IMG/VR virus record: IMGVR_UViG_3300020577_002484
Span: 12,858 to 76,857 of that record
Source of the DNA: a virus
Taxonomy: Duplodnaviria > Caudoviricetes
Strand: one strand, 5' to 3'
Length of the DNA stretch: 64,000 nucleotides
The position numbers were made by a program, and so were the translations under genes. The notes beneath the pieces were generated by a model. It was not told the DNA's origin, searched no databases, and was given only the letters and a program-made list of their open reading frames with translations. Shown in pieces: positions 26,179-37,030 of this stretch (positions are counted from its first letter, which is position 1; every line of letters begins with the position of its first letter).

Positions 26179-28415
26179 TATTCAAGGAAAGTCACTGTGA
26201 CTCTTGGTTTGGGACCATCAGTGATATTTGAGTAATCGTATATTGTCTCTCCGTAACGGTCAGATAACTGTGGCACTACAGCAGTCCAGCCAGATAATTC
26301 AGGATGGTATGTATACCCTATCTGAAGGGAGACTTGTGGAATGTATCCATAATACACACCATTTTTGTAAATATACTTTGACACTGGATCAATGTGGTAG
26401 ATTGGATTATTATAGTGATTTGTATACTGGTACCCGGATGGGTACAATCCATACAAGCCAGGTGGTGGTTCTGTTCCATCAGACTGAATAAGCTGTGGTT
26501 TTCCTAGATAGAACTTGTGACCATTAGCTTCACTGTAGTCTACCTTGAAGTAGAGATACATCTGAGCATAAGGATTGTACCCAGAATATCCTGCCCACAT
26601 ATTCTGGAAGTAAATGCCAATCAGATCCAGATTGTCTGAGCAGTTGGGATTGATATAAAAGTAGTCATAGTCGCAAGTTAGACGCTTACGTTCGATGGTA
26701 AAGGTACCATTACCTTTAGAGTACACACCTTCGAGATCCTCAATCTTTACAGAATATTTGGTTGGTGGCTGATAAAAAAGTTTCGGTATTTTACCGAGCC
26801 ATTGTTTAGTAGCATATTTCCCAGTCCAGATGTTGAATGTCGGAGATACTTTCTCTAATGTCACCTGATAATTCAACATCTTAGTTGAATCACTAATCAT
26901 CACTTCAGGATCTTTTTCTCCAATACCTGTTAGTGAAAACTCACAGGTATAGTCTAGGTATCCTGTCGGCTGATTATTATTTGGCAGATTGGTTATGGAT
27001 GTAACACTGTATCTACTTAGATACTGAAACAAACCATAGGTACTACCGTAATAATCAAAGGCTGGATTCTCCCTGTAGCTAGGAGGGCCAGCTATTTGAA
27101 AGAGTCTTTCTCTCGCTCCGCGATCCACTAGACAATCAGGATTATCCAGAATATCTTCTACATAATTTCCATTTCCATCCAAATGGAAGACCCCTGAGTA
27201 TTGGTACGGGATATAGTTCGAAGCGGTTTTGGAGATTAAGACTGGATCTGATTCTTGACCATCAACTGAGAACTTGAATCTCTCAACATTGGGAAGAAGA
27301 TCACTAATCTTGTACTTTTTCATAAGAGGGAATTTATCAAGCCTATCTCCAACAGGTATTGGAGTATATCCACCATTAGTGGTACCTGTACCATTAAGTG
27401 CAGTATTGGTATTCCATGTTTCCTCAATAATATCTAGTCCGGAGATATTAAGTTCTTTGAAAGTAGACACACTAAAATCTTGTCTAATATAGACTTCTTC
27501 AAGATTGTAGTCTCTCCTCAATATCTCCATCTTATTATTGTTATAGTTAGGGAGGCTGAATGACCCACTGATACTTGATGGATTATTAGTAATGTATGTG
27601 TATATCTGATTACTTATATCTGAGAATATGAGACCCATAGTATTGAATATAGTCGTGGTTGATGCATTTTTGGCTACAGTTTTGCTTGAATCAAATGGAC
27701 AATCTCTATACCCATTATAAATTTGTCCACCTGATGATGAAGGTGTTGGATTGATTATAGTGTAGAAGTAGGCACGGTAGGTGCCTTGCATTCTGATTTG
27801 ATGTTGCCCCACATCTTCATGTTGTCCCCAAACACGCAAACGATATTTGTTGTTTGTGAAGGTTTGTTTGGACGTTTCAATTAGTAGTTCAGATCCATCA
27901 ATGGTACTATCTGTGAAACCTCTATCTCTGACACGCATAAAATCTTGTGTATCAGGAAAGGTAATAGTACCAACAAATGATCTTCTTGTGTTATACGGCC
28001 AGATTTGTGCATAGCTTGGATTTCTTATAGGCTGCTCTCCTACCGATGGTGCACTAAAAGCCAAACCTGAGTCTTGAGAAGGCATTCCAGTACCTGAGCA
28101 AACAAGTTCCATGAGGATCTCTTTGTCTGGATCAATATTACCATCTAGAATATCCAGATGTAGTACACCTCTCCAAGTACCCCCATCATACTTGAGAGTT
28201 CCAATCTCTCTAATCTTAGGAGTCTTAGCCTTGATAATTAGGAACTCAGTTTTGCCGGTTCCTTGGACATTCTGATCACCTCTTGTCCTATCATTCACAG
28301 CGAACATTTGGAACTTGTAACAGCCAGTTGTGTCGATCTTTCCACAACTATGATTGCACTTCAGGCACTTTCCATTAGTCATTTGTTCTCCATTAGTAAT
28401 CTTCCTGCCCGTCAC
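26178..28415 (-). CDS. Putative tail tip or receptor-binding protein
   Basis: 745 aa, rich in Tyr/Asn/Gly, downstream of the large tail-tip gene. Confidence 0.55.
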   Translation of the reverse strand: MTGRKITNGEQMTNGKCLKCNHSCGKIDTTGCYKFQMFAVNDRTRGDQNVQGTGKTEFLIIKAKTPKIREIGTLKYDGGTWRGVLHLDILDGNIDPDKEILMELVCSGTGMPSQDSGLAFSAPSVGEQPIRNPSYAQIWPYNTRRSFVGTITFPDTQDFMRVRDRGFTDSTIDGSELLIETSKQTFTNNKYRLRVWGQHEDVGQHQIRMQGTYRAYFYTIINPTPSSSGGQIYNGYRDCPFDSSKTVAKNASTTTIFNTMGLIFSDISNQIYTYITNNPSSISGSFSLPNYNNNKMEILRRDYNLEEVYIRQDFSVSTFKELNISGLDIIEETWNTNTALNGTGTTNGGYTPIPVGDRLDKFPLMKKYKISDLLPNVERFKFSVDGQESDPVLISKTASNYIPYQYSGVFHLDGNGNYVEDILDNPDCLVDRGARERLFQIAGPPSYRENPAFDYYGSTYGLFQYLSRYSVTSITNLPNNNQPTGYLDYTCEFSLTGIGEKDPEVMISDSTKMLNYQVTLEKVSPTFNIWTGKYATKQWLGKIPKLFYQPPTKYSVKIEDLEGVYSKGNGTFTIERKRLTCDYDYFYINPNCSDNLDLIGIYFQNMWAGYSGYNPYAQMYLYFKVDYSEANGHKFYLGKPQLIQSDGTEPPPGLYGLYPSGYQYTNHYNNPIYHIDPVSKYIYKNGVYYGYIPQVSLQIGYTYHPELSGWTAVVPQLSDRYGETIYDYSNITDGPKPRVTVTFLE

Positions 28416-29424
28416 AGTATGTATAAGTTCTTGTTAGTGCCCACCGATTCATCACAACCTTAGCAACACCTACACCATTTGTTCCAATTAGAGATTTGTC
28501 TGTGAAAGGAAAGCTCGCCCAATAGTTAATAGTCGATGATGAAGTGATAGATTGTAAAGGTGTATAGATAGGTTCCACACCAACATGCTCATTTTCCCCT
28601 AATACCAGATATGTAAGATTGGTAGTATCTATATGAAGGTCTTTGATAAGTCCTCTAGTGTTGTTGAACTCAGAATAGTTATTATTGACCGTAACAACAT
28701 AAGCCATTCTATTGGTTGAATATTGTTCGAAATACTGCCCAATCTTTATTTGCTTGTTTGCTGAGTTAATAGAGGAAAGCTGCGTTCTTGTTGCATTGTA
28801 GGGGATGTCAGGAGTGGTATAATTACCAAGTCGAATCTTGAAAGTACCACCTGATGCTCCTATCCAGAATACAACGCTCTGAGTTTGGTAATAGGGATAG
28901 AATGAACACACCATGTCTTTGCCACAGATAAAGTACCCAAACATGGAGTTGCATCTTGGATACAATGAAGGGATCTGTGGTGAGTTGAACTTCTTATTCA
29001 CATCAGACTTCAGATAGGCTGTAGATTTGTAGATATAGTTTCCTGTTGCTTTGGCATAGCCCAGACTACCACTCAAGTAGCCATTAGACTCAATCCAAAT
29101 CCAAGGACCAAGATTAGCAGCTTGAGCAGAAGATACTATAAAAGCCCCATTGGACCCATTCAACTGGAAGAATGTAGTCTTGGTTTCAGGTTGAGCTATA
29201 TCTTTGTCTCTATAATAAGTTTCAATGTCCGATTTGATTGGACCAGAGTTATCAATAATCTCTTTATGACCAACGTCATAACCACCTTCCGGGTAAGCTA
29301 TTTGGTCTGAAGGCCAAATATGAAAAGAGTTGTAGGAAGGTTCTGTGAGGTATATTACCTTATCTTTTCTGATAATGAATGGCTGCAATGGTTTGGATGC
29401 AACCATGACGTCTTTCTCAGCCAT
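28393..29424 (-). CDS. Putative minor tail protein
   Basis: 343 aa, beta-rich, in the tail module. Confidence 0.55.
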   Translation of the reverse strand: MAEKDVMVASKPLQPFIIRKDKVIYLTEPSYNSFHIWPSDQIAYPEGGYDVGHKEIIDNSGPIKSDIETYYRDKDIAQPETKTTFFQLNGSNGAFIVSSAQAANLGPWIWIESNGYLSGSLGYAKATGNYIYKSTAYLKSDVNKKFNSPQIPSLYPRCNSMFGYFICGKDMVCSFYPYYQTQSVVFWIGASGGTFKIRLGNYTTPDIPYNATRTQLSSINSANKQIKIGQYFEQYSTNRMAYVVTVNNNYSEFNNTRGLIKDLHIDTTNLTYLVLGENEHVGVEPIYTPLQSITSSSTINYWASFPFTDKSLIGTNGVGVAKVVMNRWALTRTYTYCDGQEDY

Positions 29425-29425
29425 T

Positions 29426-30346
29426 TTATGTTCCCGGTTCTTCGTACCAAGTGATCATCCAAGTACCCGCGATCTTCTCAACAATACACTCAGAGTTTGG
29501 CTTGATACTGTTTTGCTTTGAGGGGTTCTGGCACTCTTTGATAGTATCTGTCAGACTAAAGACAGCTTCGTTAGTACATTGGAATCCATACCTATAGGGC
29601 GGGGTAGGTACTGCTGGAAGTGGGGAGGTCCAAAGAGCAGGGTCCATATTAGCATCTGGTACCAGTACCACACGCTTATCCCAAGGAACATCATTAGTAA
29701 CTTGAAAAATATAATGGTTATTATCGCTCTTGGTGAAATCAAATTGTACCCCATGTAGAATGGACATTGCCTCAAGTTTTTGCTTCATCAAAGATGAAGC
29801 AGAGCCATAAGGAAATGAAGCTGACTTTTGATTTTCAATCAAGAAGTACATATCACCATATACATACTCTGGGCTAGAAGGAACTACCGTGCCCCTTGAG
29901 TAATTACCTGTAGTTAGTTCAAGCTGCTGGTAGCTCGACCGATACAGTTTGAGTTGAACTGGCCCAAGGCCATTGGGAGCCACACCAGCCGTCGTAACTC
30001 CGAAAGAGATATTGCATTCTGGTGATATTACCACATAAACCCCTGAATATGTGATAACACAAGTTACCCAAGTATTCTTGGGAATAACTAATTCCTGATC
30101 TTCTGGTCCTTGTACATTGATCTTGAATTCGTACCTTGGATCATCTTCTGGGTGGTCAGGGTCTGCTGGTACGAATACCGAATAGTTCCTATCAAGGTAA
30201 ACCTCAATAGATTCATGTGGTACAATATCTTCCCCAAGCTGGAAGTGAATAGCAAAGGGATACTCTTTCACCTTGTTAGCAAAAACAGGAGTCAAAGGTT
30301 TTTCGTACTTGGCGAGGTCACTCATTACTTTTGACTCCTGTTTCAT
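29426..30346 (-). CDS. Putative minor tail protein
   Basis: 306 aa in the tail module. Confidence 0.55.
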   Translation of the reverse strand: MKQESKVMSDLAKYEKPLTPVFANKVKEYPFAIHFQLGEDIVPHESIEVYLDRNYSVFVPADPDHPEDDPRYEFKINVQGPEDQELVIPKNTWVTCVITYSGVYVVISPECNISFGVTTAGVAPNGLGPVQLKLYRSSYQQLELTTGNYSRGTVVPSSPEYVYGDMYFLIENQKSASFPYGSASSLMKQKLEAMSILHGVQFDFTKSDNNHYIFQVTNDVPWDKRVVLVPDANMDPALWTSPLPAVPTPPYRYGFQCTNEAVFSLTDTIKECQNPSKQNSIKPNSECIVEKIAGTWMITWYEEPGT

Positions 30347-30357
30347 TATTCAGATGT

Positions 30358-33300
30358 CTAGGAAATACCAGTGTCTGGCCAAAGAAACACTGGAACCTGC
30401 ATCTGGAACTCTTTTTGATGTTTGTCATAAGATACATAAGCCATAGTTCCTCCAGGAATTCTGGAGTCTTTGGCTATCTGCATCTGCCGAACAGAGACTA
30501 ACCGACCATCTGTCAATCTGACCTTGTAGAACTGCTTAGTAACTTCTGCATCACTGTCTGCCTTTTCAGGCATATCAGTTTCAGTACCAGACTTCTCAGT
30601 GTCATACTCGATGACTCGTCCAAAAGCTGAGAAGGTAGGTTCAATGTTGTTCCATTCCTTGGTTGAATCATTCTTTGGCCTGTCGGCTTCAGCATGACTT
30701 TCATTATTAGGAGCATCCTTCTCCACATCTCTATCGTCAGAGATTTGTTTGGAACCTGAAGTAGAGGGTGAGGTATAAGTTGTTGTAGTATTATAATCAA
30801 CTTCCTTGAAGTCCAATGCTGGGTTCTTTGGAAGTTCATCTCCATGATCTGACACCTTGATCTGTCCATAAGTCTTAGGGCGATAGATCAACAGTGAAGG
30901 ATCATTAGGATCATATGGGTTACCAGTTGGCACGTTACTGTTGATTGGATTCCCTGCATAGCCACTAACAATATCAGTGATCTTCGGGAAGTAGTTGTTG
31001 ATAGAGATTCCTGCGGGCCAGAAAAAGTCATAAGGTTCCATGTCACCCATCCGGATTGGTAACAGTACCTCAAAGTCTACAGAGTTCGTAGAACTATCAT
31101 ACACAGCTTTCTGTATGATTCCATTAACTGGCCCATTAGACACATCAGTACCAACATCCAGTGTGATACAGTCATGCATCTCAAGGTTCAACTTAGTTAG
31201 TGGACACTTGAATGCAACTACCTTCCAAGAGTTGCAGTTACGGATCATCCAGAAGGTAGCAGACTTGTAAACGAGATCATAAATGTTGTAAGTGAAGAAA
31301 TTATGAACTTCCTCACTCAGTCCATACCTTGCGACGTTGTGTCTTAAGATGATCTTGTTCTCTTTATCAAGATGCAGGGACGGCTTCCATGTCGCCACCA
31401 TCTTAGTATTGATGTCCTCAGTTTCAGTGTGCATCAGCTTGAACGTCCCAATGACGATATCATCATTGGTGATTGTGTCCACAGGATCAGGGGTTTCGGC
31501 TAGGTAAACCAGTCGAACCACTTGACCCTTTAGATCAACCATGCAGCGGGCCTGCCAAGCAATGTCCTTAATAAGATCAAGGGCGTTGCGTTGTTCATTG
31601 ATCACAAAGTTCTGAGGATAGTTAGCAAGGATAGTTCTCACATGATCAAAAGAATCATTATCAACAGTCAAGTTGGTATAATTCTCAATGATGTGTTGAA
31701 TAATGTCAGCCGTGTTAGGGCCAACAGACGAGGTATATGAGACAAAGACCGAATCCTCCCACTGTTCATCAACGAAGTCTGAGAGTGGGCGGACCAATGT
31801 GATGGTTGTCGCATTGAATAATCCAAAGTTCTCAGATTCATTTTTGATATAGTATCGAGATGGTATCGGTACCAAGGTACCAACACCTTTGATTGTTCTC
31901 CGACCATACACCCCGGTAACAGTAGAAGGTAGTGTGTTTGCTACATACTTCTCTTGGAAGTTTGCATTCAGCACACACTGGCTACCAACTTGATTGATCC
32001 AAGGGTCAGTTGAGGGGAGTGCATCAATCCGTCGTCTCAGTCCATATTCATCCAATGCTCCAAAGTTCGCAACCCATTGTGGTAATATTGCTGGAGAGAC
32101 TTCACTGATCCCTGTGACATTGAAGCCAGTTAGAAAATACTTTTCAGTATTATCATCAGTGACATCAATGGGAGTCATTGATCTGACCCACTCAAGATAA
32201 TGGTAGACTTCCATTTCAAAGAGGTGTTTATATTCATGTTGTGAGATTGGTGCATATGCCTCTTCCATTACGGACTTAGCATAGTAAATCTTCTTGATCA
32301 CACCCCAATATTCTCTCACAGTCTCATAGAACGCTTTCTTAATGACTTGATAATCGTCATCCGTGAGTTCATCATCATTCATTGCATCCTTCATCTCGTT
32401 GTAGGCTTGAAGCATGGCTTTCCTGGCCTTCTTCAAGTTCGTTCCAAACTCACCTTTGCCTACCACGTTCTTAAGTAGTGAGTCAATCTCCTGAGTGGTA
32501 TGCTCATGGGCACCTGTGCTGTCTGTGTAGGCAGTAATGAATGCTCGTTCATCATCCTCCGGTTCAACGAACACATAAGCCTTTTTCCCGTTTGCCTTGA
32601 GTAGACTGTTATCAGTAATCTCAATAGTGGCATTGGGGTCAAGGAAGTGTACGGTCAATGGATCATCAGGGAATACACCACCAGAGAAAGTCACTACTTG
32701 ACTGTACTGGTTCAAACTACTGTTAATCAGGGCGGCAGAAGCATCCCACGGAACAGTGATAGCTGGGATTGTGATATTACTCCCTGAGGAGTTCTGCACA
32801 GAGACATTACTAATCTGGAAGGTAAAGGTACCACTAGCAGCAGTATCCTCCATCCTAATGATGGAATCTCCACACAATCCCTCAGAATCAACTTTCAAGA
32901 TGGGCATAGGCATCTTGTTGAAAGTGATAGTTATCTCATGGTCCTTATCAAGAGGTCCACCAGTAACAGTAAACGAGGGTTGATTATTGCCATTACCTGA
33001 GTTCAGGAAGTTCTGAACAGAAGGTAGATAGTGCAAAGCATTATCTACATCTTGTGCAGTAGCATGTAATGGAATAGGAAGGGATTCAAACTCATCCACA
33101 CTGATGGTCCACGTACCATTGGTAGGCGTACCATACATCTTGATTTTCTGCGTGTTGTTCTGTCCAATCAGCTTTTTCCAAGCAGCTTGGGATAAATCCC
33201 TAGGAAAAGTATTGATAATAAAGTTAATCTCGTCAAGTGTCTCGTCACCTGTCAGGATGTTTCCAAGACCCTCATTGATGGCTGTGGAGTTTTGTCCACT

Positions 33301-34764
33301 GTACTGAATTGGTCTCTTCTGCATTCTCCTGTTATTAGGATCAGACAGAAGTTGAAAAGTACACTTTTGATGCTCTTGAGAAGTAACTTTGATAATGTCA
33401 CCAGTAGTGAGCAGGCAATACTTATTCTGTAATTGGATATTTGGATCTACTATGTAGAAGGTATCCTTCTTGTCATCGAGCTTTGGTCCCACTACCACGT
33501 TTGTGTATGATGGGATAAAGTTATCAATGGTAAAGGTTCTTCCACTCATAACCCCGAGGATCAACATACCTCCAAAGTTCACGTAGATGGGGACATTTTG
33601 TGGGAAGTATTCACCTCCAGAAATGAGAACTTGGTTTGAAAGGAACTGTTGCTGTTGGAGCATTGCCTCTTGGACGAGAGCAATCTCACGATTGATTCTT
33701 CCATAATCCTGAATCAATGCAGCAATCTTAGTTCTCAAGCTACCAATCACACCAAAGATGTATTTCTCATTTTCACCATCAACCTCTGAGGCTTTCTTTT
33801 CAAACTCAATGTCAGAGAGTTTGTTAGTGAAGTTCTTAATTAACTTCATGACCTTGTCTCTTTCACCCTTGACCACATCAATGCGATCCTGAATATCCTG
33901 CTTCTGCGTGTCATAATCTGGGTCTTCTTCATCCAAATTATAATACTCTTCGATCATCGCATCTATCTGCTTGTTGTATTTCTCAACACTGTAGATACGA
34001 TCTTCGCGGGCTTGCTTGAGTTCATCCTCCTCTTTGATCAAGGCAATATAAGCATCTTGAATATCGAGAGGTAGTGGGATCTGTTCTTTCACATAGTTGC
34101 CGAACGTGATGTATGTCTCAAAAGCATACTGCAACTTGGAGAGATCATTTTCCAGCATTTTCTTTTTGAATTGCAGGGTTACATCTGGAAAGCCGAAAAG
34201 GGACATAGTTGTCCCTGTACGTGCTGATCCAATTTTCGTAGCTGGTGAGTGTACCACTCCACCAAACCCTACAGGCCAAACCACGCCAATAAACTCAGGA
34301 ACGATATTTGCATATTGTCCCTCTTCAATGGCAAACCCAACCTCACCAGTGTAGATTTGGGTCATAATGCTAAAAGATACGGTTCTAGAATCTCGATCCC
34401 ATTCAATGGGAGAGACAATCTGACCGTAGAGAATTGGAAAGGCATCAGAGATTGGAAGATCCTCAAAATGCTGGTAGACCGTACAAGGTCTTTTGTGCAG
34501 AGGATAAGTGTCCATCAGTGCCTTAATGGTTCCATCAGTATCATCCAGTGTCACCGAACAAGTCGAGGAACCACCAGTCTTCGCCAGACTGATGATCTCC
34601 TCGACTGTGGACATCTGTATGATTTTGGGATTCACTCCAGGGATGGCTTTATCGCCATATCTGGTAACAGTACCATCTTGCCATTGAACCTCAATGAAGT
34701 TCATAGGACGGGTACCTTGCTCAGTAGCGATCTTTGCCAAAGCTGTGGAGTTGATATTCCTCAT
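30358..34764 (-). CDS. Large tail tip / baseplate hub-central fibre protein
   Basis: 1468 aa after TMP and two Dit-like genes; hub-like N-terminus, coiled coil, C-terminal hub-like region (N.A.II..I, LI..IAWQ.RC). Confidence 0.7.
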   Translation of the reverse strand: MRNINSTALAKIATEQGTRPMNFIEVQWQDGTVTRYGDKAIPGVNPKIIQMSTVEEIISLAKTGGSSTCSVTLDDTDGTIKALMDTYPLHKRPCTVYQHFEDLPISDAFPILYGQIVSPIEWDRDSRTVSFSIMTQIYTGEVGFAIEEGQYANIVPEFIGVVWPVGFGGVVHSPATKIGSARTGTTMSLFGFPDVTLQFKKKMLENDLSKLQYAFETYITFGNYVKEQIPLPLDIQDAYIALIKEEDELKQAREDRIYSVEKYNKQIDAMIEEYYNLDEEDPDYDTQKQDIQDRIDVVKGERDKVMKLIKNFTNKLSDIEFEKKASEVDGENEKYIFGVIGSLRTKIAALIQDYGRINREIALVQEAMLQQQQFLSNQVLISGGEYFPQNVPIYVNFGGMLILGVMSGRTFTIDNFIPSYTNVVVGPKLDDKKDTFYIVDPNIQLQNKYCLLTTGDIIKVTSQEHQKCTFQLLSDPNNRRMQKRPIQYSGQNSTAINEGLGNILTGDETLDEINFIINTFPRDLSQAAWKKLIGQNNTQKIKMYGTPTNGTWTISVDEFESLPIPLHATAQDVDNALHYLPSVQNFLNSGNGNNQPSFTVTGGPLDKDHEITITFNKMPMPILKVDSEGLCGDSIIRMEDTAASGTFTFQISNVSVQNSSGSNITIPAITVPWDASAALINSSLNQYSQVVTFSGGVFPDDPLTVHFLDPNATIEITDNSLLKANGKKAYVFVEPEDDERAFITAYTDSTGAHEHTTQEIDSLLKNVVGKGEFGTNLKKARKAMLQAYNEMKDAMNDDELTDDDYQVIKKAFYETVREYWGVIKKIYYAKSVMEEAYAPISQHEYKHLFEMEVYHYLEWVRSMTPIDVTDDNTEKYFLTGFNVTGISEVSPAILPQWVANFGALDEYGLRRRIDALPSTDPWINQVGSQCVLNANFQEKYVANTLPSTVTGVYGRRTIKGVGTLVPIPSRYYIKNESENFGLFNATTITLVRPLSDFVDEQWEDSVFVSYTSSVGPNTADIIQHIIENYTNLTVDNDSFDHVRTILANYPQNFVINEQRNALDLIKDIAWQARCMVDLKGQVVRLVYLAETPDPVDTITNDDIVIGTFKLMHTETEDINTKMVATWKPSLHLDKENKIILRHNVARYGLSEEVHNFFTYNIYDLVYKSATFWMIRNCNSWKVVAFKCPLTKLNLEMHDCITLDVGTDVSNGPVNGIIQKAVYDSSTNSVDFEVLLPIRMGDMEPYDFFWPAGISINNYFPKITDIVSGYAGNPINSNVPTGNPYDPNDPSLLIYRPKTYGQIKVSDHGDELPKNPALDFKEVDYNTTTTYTSPSTSGSKQISDDRDVEKDAPNNESHAEADRPKNDSTKEWNNIEPTFSAFGRVIEYDTEKSGTETDMPEKADSDAEVTKQFYKVRLTDGRLVSVRQMQIAKDSRIPGGTMAYVSYDKHQKEFQMQVPVFLWPDTGIS

Positions 34765-34772
34765 AATTCCCT

Positions 34773-35141
34773 CTAGTTGATTTTAGTTCCCTCAAACTGT
34801 ACATGAATCGTACAGAATTCAGATCGACCAAGAATCTCAATGTTTATCGAGTCCTCAATGAAATAAACTACCCAGACTTCATTGTTCCAGTTGGTCAACC
34901 TAATAGGCTGGTCATTATAAGCCTTATAAAACTCACGAAGTTCAATAGCTTTCTCTCTTGTCAAAGAGATGTTATAGGTTAGCTTTCTCCTATTGTTCTT
35001 TTTTACATAGGTGAAAGTCTTACCACTAGCTGATCTCAACACATTGATTTGACTCTGAGGGGCCAAGGTGTCCCCTAACTCTGCGTTAGGGAACACCGAG
35101 GTTGTTTGAATCAGAGTATGTGGTGCTTGCAGGATGATCAT
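34773..35141 (-). CDS. Distal tail (Dit/gpM-like) protein
   Basis: 122 aa; ...Q PIRLTNWNNEVW pattern and position in the tail module. Confidence 0.5.
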   Translation of the reverse strand: MIILQAPHTLIQTTSVFPNAELGDTLAPQSQINVLRSASGKTFTYVKKNNRRKLTYNISLTREKAIELREFYKAYNDQPIRLTNWNNEVWVVYFIEDSINIEILGRSEFCTIHVQFEGTKIN

Positions 35142-35611
35142 ACTACTTCACCTTGAAAAGTGAACTCAGCAGTATAGTTGCATTGCTTGCCAACATCTGT
35201 AACTACTGAGTCAGGATTCAGGATTATTCCTTTCCACTGTTGAGATTCATAGTCGAGGTAGCCAATGTCAACACCCAAAGAAGCATCAACAAAAGCCAAG
35301 ACCTCAAGAACCTTTGCATAAGGTAAAGCACCAATTACAAAGTTGAGTATATGATTCTGTGGCCAATCCCTGTCATTGAAGATCAGCATATCATTGTTTC
35401 GAGTTCTACGATTTACTCTTCGTAGCTGAACTGCCTCCTTATTCTGAAACTCAGGTGATCTAAGTTCCAAGGTCAAAGTAGGGCTTGTATAAGGGTATGT
35501 AAGTATTACTGTGTTTCTTCTGATAAGGGATGGAATAATTGACGGGGGCGGGGTTAGGTTGTTATTCCCTGGAGAAATTTGTGGGTTATAATGCTTCAAG
35601 TCCATTGGCAT
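35138..35611 (-). CDS. Distal tail (Dit/gpM-like) protein
   Basis: 157 aa with a similar architecture to its neighbour (IGYLDYESQQWKG). Confidence 0.5.
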   Translation of the reverse strand: MPMDLKHYNPQISPGNNNLTPPPSIIPSLIRRNTVILTYPYTSPTLTLELRSPEFQNKEAVQLRRVNRRTRNNDMLIFNDRDWPQNHILNFVIGALPYAKVLEVLAFVDASLGVDIGYLDYESQQWKGIILNPDSVVTDVGKQCNYTAEFTFQGEVV

Positions 35612-35626
35612 GATAAACCTTCCTTT

Positions 35627-37003
35627 CTACAGGATGTAGTAAGCCACTGTATCTGCGAGTCCAAGTGTGTCCTCTACTTGGATACTTGGGTTAATCCCAA
35701 TAGTCACAGAATCGTGGAGAATGATTTGGTCGATAAGGTATTTATCTTCAACAAACACCCTATCACAGCAAAGATCGAAAGTGACATTGATCTCAAAGTT
35801 ATCAGAAAGTTCTAGATAATCTTTCAAATTGGTAGGCCACCACCAATCAGATATATTGATTGTTTGAGTGACACTAACCTCAATGGCTCTTTGGGCTAGA
35901 TCCTGAATACCAATACAGTCACAGAGCATTTGGTACGATACCAAGTTGACCTTGACTGTCTGAGTGATATTGAGTTCATCAACCAAGAACTTCCTACCAC
36001 TGTCAACAACTCTAACAGTCACAGACTGTCCGAGGCTCAACCCTTGAGTCATTGGGTCGTACTTCAGATTCCTGAATTCTGCTGTATCACCAAACACCAG
36101 AGTGTGAAGTATGTTTTGTTGCTGAAACAGATCGTAGGTCAAAGTATCAGAGATTACTAAATCTCCAACTACTCTCTGTACCTCGAAGTTGTTAGCAGCA
36201 ACAAGCTGAGTCAATGCCAAGGTGTGAGTCAAATTTCCTTGTGGTAAGACTCTGGTGTCATAAGCATCACTTACTGTAATGTTATCTGCTAGGTTGAACT
36301 CAAGGTTGTTATAGTAAGTTACTCCCTGTCCAAGGTTCAGAGAGTGTTGGATACTCTGTTGTTGCAAGTTTCTCTGATCGAAACTGCTCACTAGAGTCAG
36401 TGTGTCAGTGAAGCTAAAAGGCAAGATCCTATGCAAAGTGTCACTGATAGTGAGTGTATCAATCAGTGATCTTGTCAGAGCTAATGCTGGTTCAGCATTA
36501 TCACTCAGAGTGAGTGTTTGGCTCACAGATACAGTTGGGTCTATCTTCAGAGCCAAATCTGTCAGGCTCAACGAGTCAGACAGGGAGAATAGAAAATTCC
36601 TTGTAGCAATATCTGACAAAGCTAAGTAGTCCAACAGTGATGTCGTAAAGTCAGCATTATACTCAACAGAGTCACTTAGGGTCAGTGTTGAACTTACATC
36701 AGTCCTGCCAATGTAGTGAACATCAAAAGCATCAGCCAGTGAGAGTGTATCTGATAGATCACTGGTGAAGATACCATTTAGATTGATACTATCTATTAGT
36801 GACAGTGTATCACTTTTGTCCAATGTGAATACAAAGTTTCCTAATAGATCATCAGCCAAAGAAAGATCCGACGAGGCAATGCCAAGTCTATCGGCAGTTG
36901 CACTCGTCGAATCAGAAAGACTGAGTAGATGGTAGATATTCTGAAAAAGACCAGAGCTTAAGCCAGAGATTGGTGCTCCGGAAATCGGATCATGCGATTC
37001 CAT
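35627..37003 (-). CDS. Repeat protein of about 20 xxD/H-T-L-x-L-x-D units (solenoid or fibre-like virion protein)
   Basis: LSDTLSLAD, VSSTLTLSD, LSDSLSLTD, LIDTLTISD and further units at 17-20 aa spacing. Confidence 0.65.
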   Translation of the reverse strand: MESHDPISGAPISGLSSGLFQNIYHLLSLSDSTSATADRLGIASSDLSLADDLLGNFVFTLDKSDTLSLIDSINLNGIFTSDLSDTLSLADAFDVHYIGRTDVSSTLTLSDSVEYNADFTTSLLDYLALSDIATRNFLFSLSDSLSLTDLALKIDPTVSVSQTLTLSDNAEPALALTRSLIDTLTISDTLHRILPFSFTDTLTLVSSFDQRNLQQQSIQHSLNLGQGVTYYNNLEFNLADNITVSDAYDTRVLPQGNLTHTLALTQLVAANNFEVQRVVGDLVISDTLTYDLFQQQNILHTLVFGDTAEFRNLKYDPMTQGLSLGQSVTVRVVDSGRKFLVDELNITQTVKVNLVSYQMLCDCIGIQDLAQRAIEVSVTQTINISDWWWPTNLKDYLELSDNFEINVTFDLCCDRVFVEDKYLIDQIILHDSVTIGINPSIQVEDTLGLADTVAYYIL

Positions 37004-37030
37004 TGTTCATTCCTTTCTCTGGCTCTATGC

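Noticed and set aside
26178-30346. Diversity-generating retroelement target in Tyr/Asn-rich tail genes
   Set aside because: No reverse transcriptase and no template/variable repeat pair seen in the window
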